Source: Octopus vulgaris (taxonomy: Eukaryota). Taken from it: 64,000 bases of DNA. Each line of letters opens with the position of its first letter. Within the stretch, counting starts at the first letter, position 1. Positions 53,698-64,000 of the stretch are shown here, piece after piece. The notes under the pieces were generated by a model. That model did no database searches, was not told the DNA's origin, and saw only the letters and a program-made list of their open reading frames with translations. Location: positions 12,834,001 through 12,898,000 of the forward strand of contig OX597816.1 in the NCBI GenBank assembly GCA_951406725.2. Reading direction: 5' to 3'. Both the position numbers and the translations under genes were made by a program.

Positions 53698-54017
53698 TAG
53701 CGACAGAAAGCAATATTAATACGAAAAGGCAATTGTCATCTCCAGCTTAACGTGGAGGTTATGTTAGAACACACAGTACTGCGTTATTTATCATGAGAGG
53801 GCCTCGCAGATGGACTTGTGTTACACAAAAGTGCTCGTGGATTATATCGTTGGCGGATGAGAGCCATCCTCTATAGCCGCCAGTGTTCTCTTGATACATA
53901 CCTACATAAATACATGCATACATACGTACATACATACATATGTGTACGGCTAATATACACATGCATATACATGTAGTAGGTGTGAGCTTGTATGAATGCG
54001 TGCTTGTATGTATTTGC

Positions 54018-54086
<69 letters not shown>

Positions 54087-54503
54087 AACATCACACAGAC
54101 ACAATCAATCTTGCTTTGACCACATCCGTTTCACACACTGTTCTTCTCTTAATCAATCACACTCACTCTCTCCTACTTACACTCTTACTCTTTCTTTCTC
54201 CAAGTAACTCTGAGACTCTTCTCTCTTTTACCTCGTTCTCCACAGTTGTTTCATCTCCTCCTCCCAAACCCCTCTCCTCCTACCCCACCCCCCGCCGCCA
54301 ATGTTTCTAATCTCTGTCACTTTATCAGATTACAGTTCCGGTTACACACGGCCGTTTCTTTTCTCTCTGATTCCAACTTCCACGTTTCCTGTGCGCGCTC
54401 TTTGTTATGCTAAGCTTGTCAGTTGACCAACCATGGCTACTTTCTCTTTAAATAAAACCACTGGTCAGTTGATCTTACTAATCTCATACACAGTCGTTCT
54501 CTG

Positions 54504-54550
<47 letters not shown>

Positions 54551-54644
54551 TCTTTCTTTTTCCCTCTCTGTCACATAAATAAACGTCTCCGAAACCGCAG
54601 CATCCTATACAGTCATATACACATACAGATTACACATAAGCACA

Positions 54645-55115
54645 TTTCATACATATATACACATACAAATACTAATGCAGACTATATATACATACCAACA
54701 TACATACCAACATACACATACATACACACAAACATACATACATACATACATACATACATACATACATACATACATACGTACATACATATATATAATATAT
54801 ATATAGACAGATAGATACATAGATAGATAAATATGTATATGCACATTTACGTATAAATATATACATAGATAAATATGTAAATACACATATACATACACAT
54901 AAATATATATGTATGTGTGTGTATATATATGTGTATATATATAAATATATATAAATATATATATATACACACTTATATACATATGCATGTGTGTGTGCGT
55001 GTGTATATATATACGTGTATATATATATATATATTCATAGGTAAATACTTATATGCACATATACACACATATATATATATGTATATATGTATGTGCATAT
55101 ATAATTATCTATGTA

Positions 55116-55157
<42 letters not shown>

Positions 55158-55603
55158 TACATGCATAGATAAATATGTATACACTCATATACAAGTGCTT
55201 GTGGATGTATGTGTGTTTGTGTATGTGTGTGTGTTTGTGTATGTGTGTGTGTGTGTGTATGTGTGTGTACACTCACACAGACTCACACGGTAGCAGACAA
55301 ATTTATCTCTAAGGGAATAACATAATGAATAACAAAGCCACAGAACAAAGTAAGAAAGTAACTTACATGCATACGTACATACATATACATATATACATAC
55401 ATACATACATGCATACATACATACATACATACATACATAGAGAGACATATGCATACATACATACATACATGCATACATGCATACATACATACATACATAC
55501 ATACATGCATGCATACATAATACATACATACATACATACATATATATATATATACATATATATATATATGTATGTATTATTATTATTATTATTATAATAT
55601 ATA

Positions 55604-55654
<51 letters not shown>

Positions 55655-55716
55655 TTATTTATTTATTTAATTATTTTTCTTTCTGCTTTGTCTCTTCCTC
55701 TACCTCCTCCTTACTT

Positions 55717-55765
<49 letters not shown>

Positions 55766-55810
55766 CCTTCTTTTTCTTCTGTTTCTACTACTACTACTTC
55801 TTCTCCTTCT
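54645..55810. repeat. Compound microsatellite field
   Basis: (TACA)n, (TA)n, (TTA)n, (CAT)n. Confidence 0.9.
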
Positions 55811-56224
55811 TCTCTCATTCACTCTTTCTACCTTGCATCAGACCATTCAAACTTTCATCGTTATAACTATTACATCATGTCACCCTGACTCCGCCCGGGA
55901 ACTTTGTTAATTATAGACGTGTCTGTGGAATACCCAGCTATTTACACGTTAAGTTCCTGAGGAGAAATTCCGTTCAAAAAATTTAATCCTCCCCGTTGAG
56001 ATTGACAAACGCCCTTCCCCCACCAGAATGGTACATTTTTAGGCCTTCAGGCATAATATATACCAGATTTTACATTATTTCATTTGTCCTTTTTTAAAGC
56101 ACTCAACACATATCATTGAGTGTGTTATGGTTGCTGATTTTAGCATTTGAAGCTTCCTCGATGGCTCGCTCCTAATTGGTTGGTTAGTTTGGTGTTTCGT
56201 TCTCACTCCAAATTCACCTTCCAA

Positions 56225-56480
56225 AGATTCCAAATTCAGCCTTTCATCTTTTCGAGATCGATAAAATAATTACCAGTTGAGCACAAGGGTAGATGTAATC
56301 TACTTAACTCCTCTCTAAAAAATGCGAAGTATATGTATGAGTTTCCCTAAGAACTACGCAAAGGGTAGATATGTCTGTGGAGTATTCAGCCACTTACACG
56401 TTAATTTCACGGAGCGGGGGGCGGCTGTTCTGTTGATTGGATCGACTAGAATTCTCGTTATCGTAACCGACAAAATGCCA
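56225..56480 (+). mobile_element. SINE family A body followed by a family C tail
   Basis: cagcctttcatcttttcgagatcgataaa, then gtctgtggagtattcagccacttacacgttaatttcac. Confidence 0.7.
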
Positions 56481-56644
56481 GCTTTTTTTTATTATTTAAT
56501 ATCCTAGAAATCGCAACCAAATCAACTGGACATCACAGATCGTCATCTTAGAATAGGACACATTGGGTATTGTGACTTGGAGTTAAGTGCACATCGGAGA
56601 AGTACAGAACACAACTACGTAATCAGGGGCTGAACTTATACTCG

Positions 56645-56980
56645 TGGCACTCCATCGGTTACGGCGACGAGGGTTCCAGTTGATCCGATCAACGGAACAA
56701 ACCGCTTGCTCATGAAATTAACGTGCAAGTGGCTGAGCAGTCCACAGACATGTGTACCCTTAACGTAGTTCTCGGGAAGATTCAGCGTGACACCGAGTGT
56801 GACAAGGCAGACCCTTCGATATACAGGTACAGCAGAAACAGGAAGAAAGAGTGAGAGTAAGTTGTGGTGAAGGAATACAGCAGGGTTCGCCAACCCCCAC
56901 CCCCTGCCGGTGTCTCGAGGAGTTTAGCTGTTTTCGCTCAATAAACACTGACAACGCCCTGTCTGGAAATCGAAATCACG
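56645..56980 (-). mobile_element. SINE family C
   Basis: Homologous to 52428-52765. Confidence 0.88.
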
Positions 56981-57515
56981 GACATCTTGATCTAAACAGC
57001 AACAACCAGGGCCACATTAAAACCCATAGAGACCCTAAGCACTTCATATATTTTATTGCTCCCCCTCCATATATACCTAATTCAAAATGTAAACAATAAT
57101 GAACCATAAACTGAATTTTTATTTTTCAAAATTACACAAAACTAACAGCAAGATGGAAAATAATGTTTATTTGTTTTTAATACTTTCGATTTAATTATTT
57201 TTCGGAAAGTTTTGTCCTACTTTGTTAATTTGGAAAGTCTTTAATTAAATCCTCAAAATTAGATTTTACGCAACACATCTGCTATTGTGCTTAGGAAAGA
57301 TAAGACATACCGATTACTATTTTAGTAAGTTTAAGGTGATTTCTTTTGTGCCGTAAACCAATTACCATTTCTGTGGTGCTTACTTCCTTTGGTTCCCTAA
57401 GCATATACCTATTTTTGCTGAATGGTTAATCCAGCGCTGACAACACCAACAAAATCCTCACCATCTCCAGTCCAGTCACCGCTGTCATCTTAAGATAAGC
57501 CTCTATCAAACTCAC

Positions 57516-57657
57516 CAGCGCGATAATGCTGGCCTTCACCATCATCATCTCCATCATCATCACTGTCACCAGTGTTACATGTTGAATGTTCTGCTAGCAT
57601 CAGTAGATATGGGAATCTGATTTGGTTGGAAATGTTTGCTTGGCTGAGGAAATAATG
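57516..57657 (-). other. Candidate 142-nt host exon
   Basis: Minus strand ttcaattacag| ... gcgctg|gtgagt; one frame is open throughout; no family recognised. Confidence 0.25.
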
Positions 57658-57876
57658 CTGTAATTGAACTAAACATATATTCTGGTTTGGTAAATCTTAT
57701 CAAAAGTACTAATGAGAGGAGGAGGAGGGGGAGAGAGATATGGAGACGGAGTTGGAGAGAGAGAGAGAGAGAGGAGAGAAACAGGCAGGGAATAGATATA
57801 TTCTGGGAAAGAGATAGAGGGGAAGAAAGAGAGTAGAACAAAGACATATATATATATATATGTATGTATATATATG

Positions 57877-57916
<40 letters not shown>

Positions 57917-58081
57917 CAGAGAGAGAGAGAGACAGAGACAGACAGACAGAGACAGAGAGAGAGAGAGAGAGATGGAAAGAGTGGGGAAGAGAGAGAATAA
58001 AGTACAAAGAATCAAAGAGCAGAAAAGAGATGTTCTTAACATGAAGTGAAATAAGATTTCCAAAATCCTTATACCTGCTTG

Positions 58082-58275
58082 TGTGAGTGTGTATGTATGT
58101 ATGTATGTATGTATGTATGTATGTATGTATGTATGTATGTATGTATGTATGTATGTATGTATGTATGTATGTATGTGTGTGTGTATGTATGTAATGTATG
58201 TATGTATGTATGTATGCATGTATGTGTGTGTGTATGTATGTATATACGTATGTATGTATGTATGTAAGTACGTAC

Positions 58276-58306
<31 letters not shown>

Positions 58307-58601
58307 TGTATGTATGTATGTATGTATGTACACATGTATGTATGTATGTATGTATGTATGTATGTATGTATGTATGTGTGTGTGTAAGTTTGTATGTATG
58401 TATGTGTGTGTGTATGTATGTAATGTATGTATGTATGTATGTATGTATGTATGTATGCATGTATGTGTGTGTGTATGTATGTATATACGTATGTATGTAT
58501 GTATGTAAGTACGTACGTATGTATGTATGTATGTATGTATGTATGTAGGCAAGTATGTATGTATGTATGTATGTATGTATGTATGTATGTATGTATGTAT
58601 G

Positions 58602-58632
<31 letters not shown>

Positions 58633-58673
58633 GTACGTACGTACGTATGTATGTATGTATGTATGTATGTATG

Positions 58674-58705
<32 letters not shown>

Positions 58706-58723
58706 TGTATGTATGTATGTATG

Positions 58724-58755
<32 letters not shown>

Positions 58756-58760
58756 TGTGT
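58082..58760. repeat. (TATG)n array with an internal ~230-bp-period duplication
   Basis: Interruption pattern gtaatg...atgcatg...tatacg...gtaagtacgtac occurs twice. Confidence 0.92.
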
Positions 58761-59034
58761 GAAGATTTGTATGTTTTGCTCTATGTATGTATTCTCATGA
58801 ATATAGTTGCATGTCTAAACATGTTCATATATATTTAAATGATAAACTTCTGGAAAGTTTTACAGATTTTAACAGTTCCAGTGATGGATTGGATATAAAT
58901 ATGTATGCATGCATATATGTATGTATATACGTATGCATGCATGTATGCATTTATGTGTGTGTATAAGTATGACTGCGTCGACTATCTACCTCTCTATCTA
59001 TTTTCATCCGTCTGTCTTTCTCTTATTTTATCTA

Positions 59035-59089
<55 letters not shown>

Positions 59090-59149
59090 TGTTGGGTATG
59101 TATATGTTTTCTCTTTCGTTCTGCTTTTATTATTCTGATTCATTATAGC

Positions 59150-59290
59150 CATGAGCTGGCAGAAACGTTAGCACGCCGGGCGAAATGCTTAGCACTATTT
59201 CATCTGCCGCTACGTTCTGAGTTCAAATTCCACGAGGTCGACTTTGCCTTTCATCATTTCGGAGTCGATTAAATAAGTACCAGTTACGCA
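59150..59290 (+). mobile_element. SINE family A
   Basis: Matches 1665-1800. Confidence 0.88.
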
Positions 59291-59377
59291 ATTTGTGATC
59301 TAGATATATTTTATTTTTTCTATGATATGGTTTATGTCTATCATTACACACACACACACACGCACACACACACACAC

Positions 59378-59451
<74 letters not shown>

Positions 59452-59622
59452 ATATATATTGGTATCCAGTAGACTCAAGGTGACAGGTAGCGCTATGTAA
59501 ATGCTATGGAAGGACCACATTTTCATTCTCCTATTTCCGTATATACTCCTTAATTGCTTCCTTTTCCAAAATAAATCCTATATTAAACTGTAATATTTCC
59601 CTCTATTTAACCATCTCATATC

Positions 59623-59670
59623 GCCTCTGATGAAGGGATATCCCCAATATCACAGAAACAGCTGTAAGAC
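59623..59670 (+). ncRNA. Canonical-core minimal hammerhead motif in a PLE-type repeat (59460-59740)
   Basis: gcct-CTGATGA-aggGATATcccca ATATCaca-GAAA-CAGCTG-TA-agac; palindromic stem III. Confidence 0.7.
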
Positions 59671-59737
59671 TAACTTTATCTTTATAAATGTCCTGAAAAC
59701 TCCACGCAGCCTTGGCTTTATTGTCTCATTTTATTTA

Positions 59738-59791
<54 letters not shown>

Positions 59792-59849
59792 ATGTAAGTA
59801 TATATGTATATATTTATGTGCATTTATCTTTTGTCTAAGTTTGTAATAT

Positions 59850-60009
59850 CGCTTGACAACCGATGGCAGTGTAAGCAAATGTGTTGGATAGAATAAGTGC
59901 AAGGTTTACAAAGAATAAGTACTGGGGTCGATTTCTTCGACTAAAAGCCTTTAACACGGTGCTCCAGCATGGCCGCCGTCAGATGACTGAAAAATATAAA
60001 AGAATAAAG

Positions 60010-60010
<1 letters not shown>
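59850..60010 (+). mobile_element. SINE family B tail
   Basis: aagaataagtactggggtcgattt...ggtgctccagcatggccg. Confidence 0.85.
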
Positions 60011-60071
<61 letters not shown>

Positions 60072-60184
60072 ATACATATATACATACATATATACGTACA
60101 AGTCTAGATATTCAACTATATGCATGGGAATGCATTGATAAACATAAAAATCTGCATATATACATATATACATTCATACATACA

Positions 60185-60668
60185 TACAAAAATACCCCGT
60201 TGTTGATGTTGAAATTCCAGTGAAGGAATTGGTAAGAAATCTTAAAATTATATAACAACATACATACATACATGCATGCAAGGAACCCTGGGATATGTAA
60301 CGCACTGTCTACATATCAATCTTGGGAAATTAGACTTCTCAGAAACATAAAGGAGAAAGCCAATTCGAAAACAATAGATCCAACTCATTACTGGAACTGT
60401 AAAAATCTGTAAAACTTTCCAGAAGTTTATCATTTAAATATATATTAGCACGTCTAGATATGTAACTATATCCATGAGAACACATACATAAAGCAAAGTA
60501 TATACATCTGCACGTATACATACATACATACATATATACATACATACATACATACATACATACATACATACATACATGCATACATGCGTACATACATACA
60601 TACATACATACAAACATAGATACATACATTCATACATACATACATACATACATACATACATACATACA

Positions 60669-60702
<34 letters not shown>

Positions 60703-60818
60703 CATACAAAATACCCTGATGTTGATTTTGAAATTCCAACGAAGGAGTCTTGGATCTATGTTAGAAACTGGCTCTTTTACTATTGACAAGAAATCTTTAA
60801 ATAAAACTGGATAATGAC
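60185..60818 (+). mobile_element. (TACA)n-associated interspersed repeat family
   Basis: 60708-60818 is similar to 60188-60250 and 3705-3785; 60375-60500 is an inverted copy of 58765-58895. Confidence 0.6.
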
Positions 60819-61039
60819 ATACATACATGCATAGACACGTACACACACGCACACACACACACACACACACGTATGGCATGTATTTGAATACAATTGTTTC
60901 ACTCAAAACCCTTTTTGCGTTGTCTTTCGTAATTAAGATGTCCTTGAGGCAAATAAAGAAAAGCTTTTTATTGCGATTAACATTAATATTATTGTTAATA
61001 TTTAAATCAAGAAGACCAACGACATTGCGGCAACTGTTT

Positions 61040-61265
61040 TCATCACCACCACCACCACCACCACCATCCTCCTCCTCCTCATCATCATCATCATCATCAT
61101 TATCATCATCATCATCATCACAATCTGTAGCAGCAGCGTCATCAATGTCAACACTCTCAACCACGACCATCCCAAACGCCATTACATCCACCCCTACCAC
61201 TCTCAATATTACTACCATCACCAACAATAATAAAATAGCAATCATCATCATCATCGCCATCATCG

Positions 61266-61325
<60 letters not shown>

Positions 61326-62027
61326 ACGTCGACATCGTCATCGTCACCATCATTGCAACCATCGCCACCACTATTATCACCAATACCATTCTCCTCCTCC
61401 CCCTCATCAGCATCATCATCATCAGCTCCATTACTATCATCACCATGATGATCATCATCATTATAATCTTCATAATTATTCCCGTTGTCGCCGTCTTCGT
61501 CATCATCATGATCACTATCATTACAATCACCACCACCACCGCCACCACCACCACACCACCAGCACCACTACCACCACAACCACACCAACCACCACCACCA
61601 CCACCAAACCAACAACATAAACCACCGCCGCTCCCATCATCCTGATTATCTTTTAATTTTTTTTTTCCACATGTAATCGACAATAACATCATCACCGTCC
61701 TTACTCACAGGAAGTCAACAGGAAACCCACACCTACCTCCCAATCACCCGCACATGCGCACACAGGTAGTCATACGGTAAGTAGATATAGAAATATGGAA
61801 ACGAATAAAGAATGAACAGCGTTATTCTTATATGTGGCATTATTCTTATGCAATTTTTGAATTTGCATTTTCTCCAACAATCAATACCATAATTGATTTC
61901 CATTATTTCCTTCTTTATGTAACAACAATAACAACAACAATAATAATAATAGTATTAATAATAATAATAGTAATAATAATAGTATTAATAAAAATGATAA
62001 TAATCATTATAGTAATAATAATAATAA

Positions 62028-62092
<65 letters not shown>

Positions 62093-62110
62093 ATGATAAT
62101 AATAATAAAG
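61040..62110. repeat. (CAC)n/(CAT)n/(TAA)n/(TAG)n trinucleotide fields
   Basis: Direct reading; source of the 409-aa and 272-aa pseudo-ORFs. Confidence 0.93.
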
Positions 62111-62349
62111 TTATTGTTATCATTATTAAAGAGAGCATTGACTAAAGGTAGTTCCGCTACATTTTATAGACAATACATATATATACACACACACACACAA
62201 AGATACACAGAGAGACACACACTCACACATACACAGACATACACACGCACACATACACACCCACGCACATATGCAATTGTGCACACATGCTCTCACTTAC
62301 TGACACACATATATATGGATATACATACTAACACACTCACACAGAAATA

Positions 62350-62393
<44 letters not shown>

Positions 62394-62654
62394 ATATATA
62401 TATATATATATATTCACATATATACCTATAAAATCTAGTCGTGCTACTTTTAGTGAATATTCCCTTTATATCTGTCTCTCTCACTCTTTCTTCTTGTATA
62501 TATATATATGTATATATATATATATTTATACATACATATATATATATTCTGATATATACCTATAAAATCAAGTGGTGCGTGCTACTTTTAGTGAATACAT
62601 CCTTTGTCTCTCCTTCTCTCCCTCCCTCTCTCTCTCCTTGTATATATATATATA

Positions 62655-62697
<43 letters not shown>

Positions 62698-62812
62698 TGT
62701 TAGATATGGACGTACATATACATATATATGTGTGTGTGTGTGTATGTATAGACATACATATATAAAACCAAATACATATACCACCATACATACACACACA
62801 TACATACATGCA

Positions 62813-62846
<34 letters not shown>

Positions 62847-63658
62847 CATATCATATATATATGTGTGTGTGTATGTATTTAATGTATAAACAAATTAAAG
62901 AAAATAAGAGAATGCATTTCATCGACAAGCAGGTTTTCTCCTTTCGTTTTTGTTTTTGTTTTTCGCTTTGTTTTGTTTTGCTTTTGTTTTTGTTTTTTGA
63001 GTGGGGGTGCTGTTATGAACATTTAACAAATGGTCATTCATAACCAACAAACTGTGAAATGGTCATACTTTAAGAAAAAATAAATAATTATATAAATAAA
63101 TAATAAACAAATATATAAATAAATAAAGGTGTGTAGAAATAGAGGATGGAAAATTATTGTTTTCAATTAAAATAAATAAATAAATAAATATATTTCGTTG
63201 TTGCTTTTTTTTTGGGGGGGGCTTTTTTTTGGCTTTTTTTTTTTTTTTTTGTCTTTTCTCATTCAACCAACCATTGCTGTTTCAAAATGATTACAAGCAT
63301 GGTTTGTGCTTACAACGGCCACAAAAAAACAAAATATAGGAATAAAACAGGAAGAATAAAGAAGAATAACGTTGCCACTTCCGAAGCGAACGCCACAACC
63401 ACCCAGGCCGTGACCACCACCACCATCAACAACGAACAACACTGCTTTTTTTGCATCTAGTGCTACTACTAGTAACAACGCCGTGTTTAAATGTGAAACT
63501 CATTCACGTGAATAAATCATGTGAAATTACTAACGCCAATGGAGAGTCGTTACGCAAGCCCCACCCCACGCCTACATAGACACACACACATACACACACA
63601 TACACACACTGAACACCAGACCATCGCCGCCACCATCACCACCACCACCGACAGCGTG

Positions 63659-64000
63659 GAGGCGCAATGGCCCAGTGGTTAGGGCATCGGACTCGCGGTC
63701 GGAGGATCGCGGCTTCGATTCCCAGACGGGGCGTCGTGTGAGAGTTTATTGAGCGAAAACACCTAAAGCTCCACGAGACTCCGGCAGGGGGGGGGCGACC
63801 CCTGTTGTAATCTTTCGCTCCCACTTTCTCTCACTCTTTGTTCCTGTTTCTCGTCCCCCGACTTCCTACGCAACCGCTGAGCCTGGATGCGCATTCATCC
63901 ATCCGTCGATGCTCTCGGTGTCGGGGGTTTGACCTGCTTTCTCTTCTGCGGGTCTTGCGAATAGCAAAGGACCACGTTTCGAACTTCTCCCAGGACGAAG
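63659..64000 (+). mobile_element. SINE family C head with a different 3' body (runs off the window)
   Basis: ggcgcaatggcccagtggttaggg A box, ggcttcgattccc B box; diverges from the other C copies after ~63850. Confidence 0.8.

Noticed and set aside
57575-58552. 325-aa ORF
   Set aside because: Made of (CATA)n and (CT)n repeats
60466-61695. 409-aa ORF and overlapping 272-aa ORF
   Set aside because: Trinucleotide-repeat artefacts with no domain

Overview
AT-rich, microsatellite-saturated animal genomic DNA, most likely an octopus (inferred from the SINE families and repeat landscape). It is probably intergenic or intronic. No intact host protein-coding gene is supported, and nearly all listed ORFs are translations of (TA)n, (TACA)n, (GATA)n, (TAA)n, (GAT)n or (CTT)n tracts. 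Supported content: one tRNA-Thr(TGT) gene or pseudogene; many tRNA-derived SINEs of about four families, including four dimers with an identical junction; decayed R4/Dong, CR1-group, RTE and Tx1/L1-like LINE pieces; and a full-length dead mariner nested in a hAT MITE that is itself nested in an RTE fragment. There is also a dense set of Penelope-like element (PLE) remnants. The most notable signal is about a dozen type I hammerhead-ribozyme-like motifs, some canonical and others with family-fixed core variants. They sit in PLE-type terminal repeats, long hairpins and inverted repeats, and include a retrozyme-like pair of direct repeats with hammerheads 806 nt apart. All calls are by eye; no searches or folding were run.
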